Source: Takakia lepidozioides
Lineage: Eukaryota > Plantae > Bryophyta
Direction of reading: 5' to 3'
Assembly (NCBI GenBank): GCA_030704615.1
Contig: CM060733.1
Location: 62,558,001 to 62,622,000 of the forward strand
DNA: 64,000 nucleotides
Positions 41,859 through 55,099 of this stretch are shown here, in pieces. A program made the translations under genes and the position numbers. Each line of letters begins with the position of its first letter. Position 1 is the first letter of the stretch. The notes below the pieces were generated by a model, which worked only from the letters and a program-made list of their open reading frames with translations, made no database searches and was not told where the DNA came from.

Positions 41859-42539
41859 GGCCGATTTTATTGAAATGACATCTGTGAGGTTGGAGCGTAT
41901 GCAATTTATTATTTACAACGGAAATTTATTTACTCGGGGGACCGGTACTGCTGCTGGAGCGCAACTGATGGTGCGAGTTCTCTATTGATTTGAGCTGTCA
42001 CAACCAATATCAACAATCATATTTTACTGTAAGGTGTTTGAAGCTATTGTTGTTCCTCTAGCTAAATTCTGTAGTAGTCTTTTTGCTATTCCATGCTAAC
42101 AACATCAAGTCCTCTGAGACTGTCATGTTCAAACGAATGTATCAGCCACCCTGGTCAGCCACGGCCCACCATAAATAGAAAGAATTGGATATTTGGTGCT
42201 CAGTTCCTGGTTTCATGTCTGTGGTAGCTGATACGGAATTCGGAATATGGCAGTCTCAGTGGACATGATATTGTTGGCATGGGAGTAGCAAAACGATTCC
42301 TATAGAAATCAGCTACATGAACATCGACAGTATGAAACACCTTGCACCTTGGAGCATTATTGAGATTGTTTGCACGAATTATTTGTGTTTGTGCCTTCAA
42401 GTGACAAACATTTCCACCATAGTGCGGAAGAGGTGCATTGGCCACATAAAACAGTTGATGTGATACGTATCACATCGAATTTGTGAAAATGTATCACATG
42501 AACCGTTCCATGTGGCCTACGGGAATCTTCGACTAGTAC

Positions 42540-43565
42540 AAGATCAATGTGGCCTACGTGGAGGCATAATTGGCAGACGAGGACGCGTTACCTTCAGCCT
42601 CCCACCAACAAACCTGAGATCATTTCAGAAGCGCTTCAAGTGACGAATGAAATGGTTCATCTGACATCATCCAAATGTTGAACATGCTGAGGTCTTTTGT
42701 AATGTGTTCTGCTTCGTAATGCGGTGCTTCTCTAGCTCTTCTTTTTCCCATTTGATGACATTCTCGATCTGGAAGACATCCAGACGTGTATAGAAATCCT
42801 TAAAAAATAAAATAACCATCAAAATTTGAAGTGAGGCTTCAAATTTTGATGGTTATTTGGTTTTTTTAGGATTTCTATACACCTGTGGATCTCTTCCAGA
42901 TCGAGAATGGCACCAGAAAGAGGACATGGAGAAGCACCTTTTCCGAAGCAGGAGACACTACCAAAAGTGCTTCAAAAGGCAGGGCACCCATGAAGGTGCT
43001 TGATCAATGGGCGATCGAATCATTCACCTCCCTCTCGAATGGTTGACGATCCAAATGGTTTTTGTTTGCTTTAACTTTGTCACTATGTTCAACATACCAT
43101 GCAATAGGTCCCGGTATGAGATCAATGTGGCCTAGGGGGAGACATGATTGGCAGACGATGACGCGTTAGCTTCCACCAACAAACATGTGATCATTTCAGA
43201 AGCGCTTGAACTGACGAACGAAATGGTTCTTCATCCAAATGTTCAACATGTTGAGGTCTTCTGTAATGTCTCTTTCTTCGTAATGAGGTGCTTCTCCAGC
43301 TCTTATTTTTCCAATGTTGATGTTCTGCATCTGGAACAGATCCACACATGTGTATTGAAATACTTAAAAAACCAAATGACCATCAAAACTTGAAGCTGGG
43401 GATGAGGCTTGTAAAAGTTGCGATGATCATTTGGTTATTTAAGGAGGTTGGGTCATATGTGTGGATCTGTTCCAGGTGGAGAACATTGACAGATTAAATA
43501 AAGTGGACATGAAGAAGCACCGCATTATGAAGTATGAGACACTACAAAAAGAGCTTCAAAAGGCA
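42540..43565. repeat. ~580-bp tandem duplication, each copy holding a long inverted repeat
   Basis: AGATCAATGTGGCCTA at 42541 and 43119. Copy 1 has a perfect 21-bp stem (42811-42831 / 42837-42857) with a TGAGG loop, extending imperfectly for over 100 bp. Confidence 0.85.
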
Positions 43566-44005
43566 TACCATGTAACAGGTCCCGGTCTAATATGAGACGA
43601 AACAAAATTCATTCAATGGGTGATCGAATGGTTGACCATCCAAATGATTTTCGTTTGTTTTCAAACTTTGCCGTTATATTCAACATACCATGTACCAGGT
43701 CCCGGACTAATATGAGATGAAACGAAATTCATTCGATGGCTAAACGGATGGTTGCCCATCGAAATGATTTTGGTTCATTTTGAGACTTGGCCAGTATGTT
43801 GCATGTACCATCTAAGAGGTCCCAGAGTAATATGAGATGAAACGAAAATCGTTGGATGAGCCAACGGATGGTTGTCCATCCAAATGAATTTTGTTCGCTT
43901 CGAGACTTGGCTAACATGTTCAATGTACCATCTGATAGGTCCCAGAATAATTTGAGATCCACCAAAATTCGCTCAATGGGCCAATGAGGCGTTCACCTGT
44001 CATCC
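43565..44005 (+). repeat. 120-bp tandem repeat array (left part)
   Basis: AGGTCCC(A/G)G..TAAT(A/T)TGAGA recurs at ~43577, 43697, 43817, 43937. Confidence 0.9.
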
Positions 44006-44570
44006 AATTTTGTTCATTGAGAAAAAGAAATGCAGTCATGGGTGAACGGCTATTGCACCCATTGAACGGATGAGGTTGAGGCCCATCTTTTTCCCGCATG
44101 TGCTTGAATATGTGTGCAACACATGTGCGGAGGTACAACAAAAGGAAAAAAACATTTGCCTCCCCAACCATGCCCTCTCAAACAATTTAGAATTAAATTG
44201 AGTTTAAATGAATTTCAAGCAAATAATTAAGTTAACATTGTCTTTGATTGGGGTTTTCTGCTACGTATCGATTTTATTTTGGGCTCAATTTTGTTCTGTG
44301 GCTTCAACTCTCACACCGCTACATCCCTATAAAAATTTGGACCAAACAAAAATGAAGGAAAAAAAAAAACTCTTCACTCACTATTGCAGAAATCTCTTTG
44401 AAGAGTGCATGAAGTAGAACGTTTGGAGTGCAAAACAGGGAAGAAACTGTGGTTTTGGGTCCAAATGAATTTTGTTCACTCCCAAATTTGGCACGCACGT
44501 TGCATATGTCGTCATTACACATATGGTGCAAAAACGGAATGAAAAAAAATAATGTGCACGTGAAACGCAG

Positions 44571-45294
44571 TGTCGCGCACCTCACTTCGGTAAGCTCCCC
44601 TTCAAGTCATAGTTACTCGCTTTGATGCGCGCGCCTGACTCCCAACCTGGCCGCCCGGGCCAACTTGGAGCTTCGGCTGCTCACCGGGACATAACGGTCC
44701 CCCTCGCTTCCCTCTAAACCCTCCACCTATTTGGGACTAGGAGAATTCCCTTTGGTAGATGGCAGTCCGGAACAGCTCCCCTCTCTTTGGTCGCTTTCCG
44801 GCTCGTTCGCTTACTCACTAGTTTTTGGTCACCAACGGGCTTGCACCGTTCTCGGGGTTACTACTCCCTATATATACTTCTGTAGCTGTCCGCGGGGGTT
44901 TCATAACCAGCCATGCCATTTTATGGCGAACCACCACGAAAACCCTCGACTCCCGGTGATGAGTCGCGGTGAGTCTTGGCCCACTCATCACGGCCCCTAT
45001 GGACCGTGATGAGTCCCAAGACTCCCCACGACTCCCACCACGAGGTCTCCGCCCCCATGGTGAGTCCTATGCCACCCCCACTAAGTCCCGCTAAGCTACC
45101 ACCACCCCTTGTGGAGCTACCCCCACCGCAACCCGGTGTGCGGGCTCCACCTAGTGAGCGCCTCCGCCTCCTTGAGTGCCTTGGGCACTCAAGGGTGCTT
45201 CAGCCCCCCATACCTGTCGCTGCCAATGCCCCCACTACAGGGGCAGCCCCTCATGTGTCCCGACCCCCTGCCCTCAAGGCAAAGGGTCGCGACA
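44571..45294 (-). repeat. 3' LTR of the gypsy element (724 bp)
   Basis: About 99% identical to 50804-51529. Confidence 0.95.
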
Positions 45295-46199
45295 CACACC
45301 CCTACCAACAGGGAGTCGATGTCCTCATTGACTTGTCCATTTTGTAGAAACGAACATCCAAGCTGTGGCGTCCCACATCAAGGAGTTTGTTTCCGCACCA
45401 TGGCGTCCCATGGCAAAGAACCAAACCCCACACTTGACTCTACTCTCCACTAGCTAGTTCGGCCGACTTCCTCCAAGTCCCGGCCAAGGGTGGAGCCTCT
45501 CCAGCTCCTCCCAGTGCACTCTTCTTGGCCTACTTCAAGGCCAAGGAACGATCCTCCCCGAGGATCGAATCGCCTTACTGCAACAACATTGCTTGCGATC
45601 GCTCATGATGCCGCTTTTGGCATCACCTTGAGCAAGGGTTCCCTGGAACCCTCTTTGACTAGGAAGATAACCTTGAATCAACCGTGCGCCCCAATCACTA
45701 CAATTGGGTCCGCCTTGGGATGCAGGCCTGAGGTACGGGAACACGCCGAAGCCAAACTACGACTTCGTCCCGAGGCTACACGATTATAGTACGTGAACGG
45801 AAGCACGTAGCTTCCGCGTTAGCCCGCACTACAAGGCAACCCCCTCGGTAGCGCAGTTATAGTACGCGCACGCGCCAGGTGCGTACTAGCACGTGAACTC
45901 CCAAAGAAGTCGCAAGTTTCCTTGCCCCTTGGATGGGGGTCACCCGATTTCGGCACTACGCAAACACACGATTAACCCAATTTACCTCTCCCACTTTTAT
46001 AAGCTAGCATGCATTCTACACACTAGCCAACCATACCATGCATCACCATTCCAAACAAAATAGGATGCACAACATTTGGAACCCATTTCCTTTATAACAA
46101 ATTTTTGTACAATACAAGTTTTTGTAATCGGATTCCTAAGCTAGCTAAGCCGGGCTAGGCATGCATTTCCTCCCCCACGCTCCAAGGTTGATGTCCCCA

Positions 46200-49100
46200 T
46201 CAACGTTTCTTCCGCTTTTGAGGTCGCCCTTCGAAAGCTGCAACCGCCTCGGATGCGTTTCCCATTTCTGAGGCACGCACCCAAGATGCCTCTACATGAT
46301 GATAGCCCTTCCATTTGACGAGATACTCCGTTTCTCGGTTCTTGAACCTCCTCGACTTAAGTATTGCCTCCACTTGTACTCAGGTTCATTTTCATGATCC
46401 AACAGCATAGGTGGCGGACGCAACACTTGATGCCGATTCGGACGCGCTTCATCTTTGAAGTAAGGCTTCAAAAGGGAGACATGGAATACTGGGTGCACCT
46501 TGCTGTTTGCCGGCAGCTCCAATTCATACACATCCTCATTCATAACCTTCCGAATGCGAAAGGGTCCCGCATACGGAGGTACAAACTTCGGACTCACTTC
46601 CGGAGGTAGTCGGAAATTCTTGATGTTCAACTAGACCTCTGTGCCTGCCTCAAACTTCACTTCCCTCCGCTTCCGATTCGCCTGCCTTTCATACCGTTTC
46701 CTGGCTTTGGCAATGTTGTACTTTGCGAGCTTCAACAAACGCTCGCGTTCTTCCAGTACCGCCGCTACTGCCGGTTCCTCAACGTCCTAGGCGGCCCAAC
46801 TTGTCGGCACCAGAGGTGCTTTTCCATAGACCAATACAAAAGGGGAAACTCCCGTTGCGGAGTGTTCTGTGTTATTATAACAGAACTCTGCCGCGTCTAA
46901 GTGTTCCACCCAGTCTGTTTGGTCTGCCGACACGTAATTCCGCAAGATCTGCTTCACTACGGAATTCACCCTTTCTGTTTGGCCGTCGGTCGTAGGTCGG
47001 AAGGCGGTGCTCATCTTCAGCCTCGTCCCCATCTTCTTCCAAAGTGTCCTCCAAAATTTACTCGTAAACTTTGGATCGCGATCCGAGACAATATCCTTCG
47101 GGACTCCATGATGCTTTAAGACGTGGGCAAAGTAAAGTCGCCCTGTCTCCTGCGCCGTTGCCGTCTCCTTGGTGGGGATGAAATGGCCCATTTTACTGAA
47201 CCTATCCACCACCACCATGATTGCATCGAATCCTTTTGACAGCGGCATAGCAGTCATGAAATCCATCGAGACACTTTCCCAAGTCCCCTCTGGAATCGGC
47301 AAGGGTTGTAACAGCCCCGCTTGCTTTTTGTACTCGCTCCGGTTTTGTTGGCATGTGGTGCATGTCTTGACATACTCCTCTGCCTCCTCCCTCAGTTTGG
47401 GCCAGAAATACTCTTTCTTCAAGAGTGCCGCAGAGCTTGGCTCCGCCGTGGCCCGCAAGCGGGCTATCATGGCATTCTCTCAAGAGGCTATCTCTGATCC
47501 CTCCCTTTGGCACGTAGAGACGTTTTTGCTTATACCGGAGCAGTCCATTTTGCAAGTGGAACTGCGATTTAACCCCCCTCCTCAAGTCCTGCATCACGGA
47601 CTTCGCCAGCTCATCCTTCCGGCAAGCCTTTCGGATCTTCCTTTGGAGCGCCGTCTCGCCCTTGTACACCAACAAGAGCTGCTGCTTTCTACTTAAAGCA
47701 TCGGCCACCACGTTGTCTCGTCCCGGTTTGTACTGGATATCCACATCGAACACCGCCAAAGTATCTTGCCACCTAAGTTGTTTTGGGGACAACTTGGGCT
47801 ACGTGGCAAAATACTTCACCGTGACATTGTCCGTGAACACCTTCACTGGGTTGGAACCAACATAGTGGCGCCAAAGCTCAAGGCAATGCACCACCGCCTT
47901 CATCTCTTTTTCGTGCGTAGGCCACCGTCGCTCCACTTCATTCAGTTTCTTACTTTCGTAAGCCACTGGACGTCCATCTTGCATAAGTACACCCCCAATC
48001 GCGAAGTCCGACGCATCTGTATGAATCTCAAATGGACGATCGAACTCCGGGATTTTCAAGACTGGAGCTTCCGCCATCCGCTGCTTCAATTCAGCAAAAG
48101 CTTGGCCACAAATGTGTTCCATACCCAGACTTTGGATTTACACAGAAGGTCCGACAGCGGCCCCGCGATCTTGGCGAAATTTCTCACATACTTCCGGTAA
48201 TAGGAGGCGAGTCCTAGGAAGGATCGCACTCCCGGGACCAAAGTCGGAGGCTCCCAGTCCAAGATCGCCCTCACCTTTCTGTCATCTATTTTGATCCCAT
48301 CCTGTGTAATCACATGCCCCAAGAACTCCACTTTCGTAACCCCGAATTCGCACTTTGAAGCTTTGGCGTACAGCTTCCCTTCCCGCAACTTTTGGAACAC
48401 CCTTTTGAGGTGCTCCAGGTGCTCCTCCTTTGTTTTCGAGTACACCAAGATGTCGTCGATGTACACGATCACAAAGTCATCCAACCACTCCTGAAAAAGG
48501 CTGTACATCAGCGTGCTAAAGGTCGCTGGTGCATTGGTGAGCCCAAAAGGCATCACCAAGAACTCATATGAACCATACCTTGTCCTGCATGCGGTCTTCT
48601 CCTCATCTCCTTCCGCCACCCAAATTTGATGATAGCCGGAGCGCAAGTCGATCCGGCTGAAATACTTCGCTCTTGCCAACCGATCGAAGAGGTCGTCGAT
48701 CCTTGGCAAAGGGTACCGGTTTTTGATAGTCACCTTATTCAGAGCCCTGTAATCGACACACATCCGCAGCGTCCCATCCTTCTTGTCTGCGAATAGCACC
48801 GGGGCTCCGTAAGGTGACTTACTCGGCCGGATGTACCCCTTTGACATTAGATCCTTGAGCTGAGTCTTCAGCTCTCTGTGGCTCAACCGGTAGGGCGCCT
48901 TGGCAGGCGGTTCCGATCCCAGTATCACCTCAATCTTGTGGTCAACTCCTCTTCGCGGTGGCAAGCCGCTTGGTAAATCCTCCGGCATCACATCCTGGTA
49001 TTTCTCCAAAATCCCCTTGATCCAATCTGGGTTCGGCTCCCCATCGCCTTCTCCCTTCACTTCTCTAATGTAAAGCAAAAACTGGGGTTCGTGTGCCTCC

Positions 49101-50748
49101 TCCACGGCCCACTCCCTTGCTGACAGAAGGCTTATTCGCCCTCCCACGGATTTGGGCGTTTCCGACACTCGTAAGACCTCGCCACCATTCCCACATGGCA
49201 GCGTGACTACTCTCTTGCGGCCATCTATGACCGCTCCGGATTTACTCAGAAAGGTCATCCCCAAAATGAAATCTACTCCATCGATCTCGCAGATGGTGAA
49301 GTTCTCACGTCCCTCCCAACTCCCCAGTTGAAGAGGAACATTAAACGCCAACCTTGTCACCAACTGTGGTTCTCCTTTGGCAGAACGCACCTCAATAGAG
49401 GCCCCCACGTCACTTGTCGGGAGTCCCAGCTTTTGTGCCGCCGCCGGTGTCATGAAGGAGTGCGACGCTCCTGTGTCCACCAACAACGACACATTAGTTC
49501 CGGATATTACCCCATCCACGAACAATAACTGACTCCCTTTACGCAGGGCGCCAGTTTCCTGATACAACTCACAAGAATAGTTGCCTACCTTGCAAGTCCT
49601 GGCGACCACTGCTTCCACCAAGCGACTGATGGTATCTTCCGACAGCTCCGTGGTCGCCCGAGTCATGTTCAATTGCCGAGGCTTCGTGCACTTCTTGGCC
49701 ATGTGCCCGGGCTCCCCGCAATTGAAACACACTCCATCAAAGGTCGCCTTCTGTCCGCCATAAGCCGCTCCACCCGCTTTTCCTTTCGAAGCACCGGGTG
49801 CCGTCTTGACGTGTGAAGGCCCTCCCTTCGATTTCCACGTGCCATTATCGCCGCGTGGCCTATCCCACTTCTTTTCCGGTCGGAGGAGTCACCTTCCCGC
49901 CGGGTCTTCTTGTGGTTCAGCTCCGTACGGCCTTGTCTCTCACCCCTAGGGACATCCGAGAAACATTCAGCCCTCTCAATTGCCTCGTTCAAAGTCTTGG
50001 GTGGCTTCTCCTCCAACCTCCGCCTGGCCCATGGGGCTAGTCCCGCCACAAAGTTGAAGACCATTTCTAGTTCTGCCATGTCCGCGACTTCGAGCAACAG
50101 CACATTGAAAGCCTGGACATACCCCTGAATGTCATCTGTTTGCTTCAAATTCCTCATCTTGTCCCGGGCAAGCCAGGACGCGTTGAGGGGCACAAACTGT
50201 CTCTTCATCAATTCCTTGAACCCACTCCAGTTCAAGGTTTCCGGGCTTGGGCCTCGGTTGTGAAGGCGTTTCTGCCACCATTGTTGAGCATAGCCCCTCA
50301 AATAGGTGGGAGCCACTTCCACCCGATCCTCGTCACTCAACTTGGCCGCCCGGAAGTACTGCTCTAGCTCCAAGAGCCAGGTGTTGAGTGCCTTCCAATT
50401 TCAAACGCCCTCGAAGGTGCCGGGTTCCTTAGGCTTCACCTTAAACTTTGCCTTAGTGGAAGTGGCATTAGCCGCCTTCAACACGTCTTTCAACGTCCCG
50501 CCAAACTGCGCCAACAACCCTTCCCAAAAGGCTGCCGGCATGGGAGGCATCTCTTGGTTTGTCGGAGCTCTCAAGGATTCCTCGGGCTCCGACTCCTCGG
50601 ATTCCTCCCGCTCTTGAGCGGCCTTGTTTTCGGAAACATTCATCGCTTCCTCAAACGGCCGCCTCGGTGACACGTCGCCCCCATCGGGCTCACCAGGATC
50701 ATCATCTTTTGGGCCGTTCCGCTTTCGCTTTGGCTTGCCCGACCCCAT
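46200..50748 (-). CDS. gag-pol polyprotein, broken by several frameshifts
   Basis: gag ELEQYF..WWQ; [14 protein letters not shown]; protease [10 protein letters not shown]; [34 protein letters not shown]; RNase H TDASD..YESKKL..EKEM; integrase HHCC, SMDF, SDRD, DGQTE, GPF; chromodomain [12 protein letters not shown]. Confidence 0.93.
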
Positions 50749-50789
50749 GATGAGGCCAATCCCAAGGACGATCGCGTACTGAACTCTAA

Positions 50790-50801
50790 GCTCTGATACC
50801 A
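50790..50801 (-). promoter_or_regulatory. Primer-binding site (tRNA-iMet)
   Basis: TGGTATCAGAGC on the minus strand, 2 nt inside the 5' LTR. Confidence 0.93.
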
Positions 50802-50803
50802 AG

Positions 50804-51529
50804 TGTCGCGCACCTCACTTCGGTAAGCTCCCCTTCAAGTCATAGTTACTCGCTTTGATGCGCGCGCCTGATTCCCAACCTGGCCGCCCGGCCAACTTGG
50901 AGCTTCGGCTGCTCACCGGGACATAACGGTCCCCCTTCGCTTCCCTCTAAAACCCTCCACCTATTTGGGATTAGGAGAATTCCCTTTGGTAGATGGCAGT
51001 CCGGAACAGCTCCCCTCTCTTTGGTCGCTTTCCGGCTCGTTCGCTTACTCACTAGTTTTTGGTCACCAACGGGCTTGCACCGTTCTCGGGGTTACTACTC
51101 CCTATATATACTTCTGTAGCTGTCCGCGGGGGTTTCATAACCAGCCATGCCATTTTATGGCGAACCACCACGAAAACCCTCGACTCCCGGTGATGAGTCG
51201 CGGTGAGTCTTGGCCCACTCATCACGGCCCCTATGGACCGTGATGAGTCCCAAGACTCCCCACGACTCCCACCACGAGGTCTCCGCCCCCATGGTGAGTC
51301 CTATGCCACCCCCACTAAGTCCCGCTAAGCTACCACCACCCCTTGTGGAGCTACCCCCACCGCAACCCGGTGTGCGGGGCTCCACCTAGTGAGCGCCTCC
51401 GCCTCCTTGAGTGCTTTGGGCACTCAAGGGTGCTTCAGCCCCCCATACCTGTCGCTGCCGATGCCCCCACTACAGGGGCAGCCCCTCATGTGTCCCGACC
51501 CCCTGCCCTCAAGGCAAAGGGTCGCGACA
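50804..51529 (-). repeat. 5' LTR of the gypsy element (726 bp)
   Basis: TG...CA ends, adjacent PBS, followed by TSD CGCAG. Confidence 0.95.
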
Positions 51530-53129
51530 CGCAGTCCAACAGGTCCCAAAGTAATAGCAGATGACACTACAAGGAATCGTCGATTTAACGACTGGCGAAA
51601 CGACTGCAAAATAAGTTGTTGCAGACAAAAAACGACTAGGCAACTCGGAGTGTCAACAGACTAGTCTCTTCGGACAGCCCAGTCGTTTCAGTCATGACGT
51701 GGTCGGAGTGGTTTCGGTCAGTCGTTCCGCCGACTGCGGCTCAATTTTGGGAGGGGGGGCCACGTGGTAGCGCCGTGCGCGGCATTGACTGAATCTTTGG
51801 ACCTTCACCAAGTGGACTTTTGAACCGGGGGGTGCGACTTCCCCACAGCGACGACGTTGGAAACACAGCCGCGTGGCTATGCGGCGAAACGCCACGTGTT
51901 TTCTATTGTGGATGTGGCCTCGTGCAAGCCTGAGGCCACACCGCGTGGCGCAATAAATTGTCTGCTGGTTGCCTTTACGACTTGCAAGTGGAGTCGACAA
52001 CTAGAGTGTTGAAGTGATAGATGCAACCGGAGGTTTGAAATGCACTGCTTCACTAGTGATATACATCGACTGTGGGTTGGGAACCAGGCACTCGTAGTGG
52101 TTGCAATGACTTGGGGCCTGCGGCTTGTGGTTCATACATGTACAATACTATTCTACTGTCTCTGAATAACAACACAACACAATCCCCAGCAGCCACTGAT
52201 CATCCCATTGCGGATGTGATTGAGATTGGAGAACATACAAGGCATCCCATCAAAGCACAAAAAGAAATAAACATGATGAAGAACACGTGACATTGTATTA
52301 AGACGATACCTCAAAACCGTCCCATAATTTGCACAAACTCATGAGTCCGTAACGACCATGCTTCGAACTTTAAAAAAAAAATGTCGCATATGGTTCTGCA
52401 CCTAACTTGCTATTCTCCAGATTATACATAATACAACCCTAGCTTGCATGATGTCTTCACCTCTTTCCTAGGCTGGCACAAGCTGCATTCAAAAGACATA
52501 TGACGAAAACCTGTTCAGAATCACCCTTCCGATATTTGGCCTCAACATACTTCTGCATACACCCACAGCGAGCTTATCAGTGTTCATTTTACTCCGAGAC
52601 CACATCTGTTTAGGCATACTGCAGGTCAACATATGAGCATATGTTATGCTCCCACATTTGGCATGCATGTTTAATGTTAAAGATGATACCCCCTTCCACC
52701 AGTCTGAAGTCCAACAAACTATGATTCAAACCTACCATTTTGCATGATCAGAACTTCCATACAAACCTCCGCACATAAAAAAGAGAAGTCTCCTTCAGAG
52801 GACATGCTTCTTGCTACATTTTGAGAAGGAAATCACCGTCTGTGACATGGGAATTAACTGTATCAACCTGTTGTGTCCCTGCCTGGAACTCCATAGCGTA
52901 CATGGACTTAGAACTATAACCAGACTCTGCTCTCACAGCAGCTACCTGTGTTTCACCCACAGACAGTTAGACAAACAAAATTAGTCCACTATAAAGGGAT
53001 TAGAAAACTGAAGTCAAAAGGACCATGCTTAGCAATGTTGTTAGGCCTACCTGACTATACGCATCTGTCATATGGGATGACGACTCGAGCTCCAACCATG
53101 CCAAAACTTTAGAATCCATTTAGCTTTTC

Positions 53130-54520
53130 ACCCATGACAGGCATATCCTGCAATCATCGAGTTCCATGACACCCCATCATCTCGTTAGCCATATTCTCAA
53201 ACACCCCTTTCCCTGCATACTCTCTTCCCACCCCACAGAGAGTAATAAGGGGGGAAGGGAGGGGGCCTACCTACCCTCCCCACTAGACTGAGATTTAAGC
53301 TTGGGGTAGGAAGCTACATTCGAACAATAAACAGATGCAGAAAGTAGAAAGCCCTAAAGAATTGCTTAAACTAAGATAAGTCACACCTTTGCCATCTTCC
53401 AGAGCTAACAGGCAGCTTGTACACGCATGGAAACTCAAACAAACCTGATGTGGTTGTGCTGAACAGTGATGCCCCTTAATTCCTGCACCATTTGCTCATA
53501 GGGCTCCAAAGCCTCCATGATCTCGCGCCCTTGTACTAATACACATATCCTGCGATCATAGTGTTCCACGACACCACATTCCGTTCAGCCATATCGTCAA
53601 ACACCCCCATTGCATTCTCCATGCACCCACATTTGGCATAAATATCCACTAGTGTATGATTCAGAATGACATCTAATACAATTCCAGCTTTGACAAAGTC
53701 ACCATGGACTTTTTGCCCTTTTCCTGGGCTGCCAGGCTTGCACACGCATTGCAAACACAACGAAACATGATGTGGTTGGGCTGAACACATCTTAATTTCT
53801 GCACCATTTGCTCGGAGGTCTCCAAAGCCTCCATTGCCCTGCTGTACATATCTTGCGATCATAGTGCTCCACGACACCACATTTTTTGTTGAGCCATATT
53901 ATTGAACACCCCTTTTGCATCCTCCATGCAGCACTCAAACTTGGCATACATGTCCATGAGGGTACTGTTCAGAATGGCATCTGATACAATTTGAGCTTTG
54001 ACAATGTCACCATGGACCTTATAATTGCCCTTTTCCAGGGCCGCCAAGCTTGCACATTGCAAACACAAACAAACCTGATGTGGTCAATGGGCTAAACACA
54101 CCTTATTTCATGCACCGTTTGCTCAGAGGTCTCGAAAGACTCCATCCCGCTGTACATATCCTGCAATCATAGGGCTCCATGACACCACATTTTGTTTAGC
54201 CATATTGTTGAACACTCCCTTTGCATCCTCGATGCACCCACATTTGGCATACATGTCCATGTAAGGGTACTATTCAGAATGACATATGGTACAATACCAG
54301 CTTTGACGATGTCACCATGGACCTCTTTGCCCTCTTTGCCTCTTTGCCCATGCTTGGTAAATCCTGCCATCATTATATTCGACATGATCAAACGTTGTTG
54401 AAGCATTCTGTTGAACACTTAGCACTAAGAATTGAGGATATTCTTGCACTTAACATACATATTGACAAGGGTGTTACGTAGAAAAATGTTTGCAGGCTGA
54501 AAACAAACTGAAATGTACTG
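53130..54520 (-). pseudogene. PLS-class PPR pseudogene tract 1
   Basis: Repeated CASLAALEKG..VHGDIVKAGI..NSTLVDMYAKCG..DAKGVF..M..NVVSWNTMIAGY units with many frameshifts and stops; no E/DYW domain seen. Confidence 0.9.
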
Positions 54521-54569
54521 AAGAACGTGCCCTCATGGTTAGACGTATATCAATTGTGCCACTTCTAGT

Positions 54570-55075
54570 GCTGCCCCTCTGTTGGGCTGCCTCTAAGAGA
54601 GAGGGAGTAGCACTGGGGGGAGGGATTTATGGCTACAAGGCTACGGAAACAACGTCTTATAATTACAACCTCACCCTCTCCCCCTTGACCATTTGCTACG
54701 CTGCCTCTAAGAGAGAGGGAGCAGGAGTTGGGGGGAGGGATCTACCAGCCATAAGGCTACGGGAACAACGTCTTATGAGTACAATCTCTCCTTCTCTCTC
54801 GGCCTGCTGCTGCTGCCCCTCTGTTGGGCTGCTCTAAGAGAGAGGGAGCGGGAGTTGGGGGGAGGGGGATGGATTTATGGCTACAAGGCTACGGAAACAA
54901 CGTTTTATGATTACAACCTCACCCTCTCTCGCTTGACCTTTTGTTGGGCTGCCTCTAAGAGAGAGGGAGCAACAGTTGGGGGGAGGGATCTATGGGCCAC
55001 AAGGCTATGGAAACAACATGTTATGAGTACAATATCTCCCTCTCTCTCAGCCCTCTACTGCTGCCCCTCGCATGG
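54570..55075 (+). repeat. Four tandem ~120-135-bp SINE-like units (ABAB) ending in the 3' terminus of the ADH-intron LINE family
   Basis: Unit consensus: GGGCTGCCTCTAAGAGAGAGGGAG..GGGGGGAGGGAT..GGC(C/T)ACAAGGCTACGGAAACAACGTCTTATGA(G/T)TACAA plus a CT-rich tail. Confidence 0.85.
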
Positions 55076-55099
55076 GCAGCCCTCACAACAGGCATTCAC

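Larger units (their letters stand above)
44571..51529 (-). mobile_element. Full-length Ty3/gypsy chromovirus LTR retrotransposon (Galadriel/Tcn1-like)
   Basis: LTRs 44571-45294 and 50804-51529 (TGTCGCG...CGCGACA); 5-bp TSD CGCAG at 44566-44570 and 51530-51534; tRNA-iMet PBS; purine-rich tract next to the 3' LTR; gag-PR-RT-RH-IN-chromodomain. Confidence 0.97.

Noticed and set aside
44731-45453. Proline-rich ORFs at 44731-45453 and 50965-51664
   Set aside because: They lie within the GC-rich LTRs and their frames differ between the two LTR copies.
51550-51562. Helitron 5' end (A|TCTGCTATTAC on the minus strand)
   Set aside because: It is simply part of the 120-bp repeat unit (same sequence at 63321) split by the CACTA insertion.
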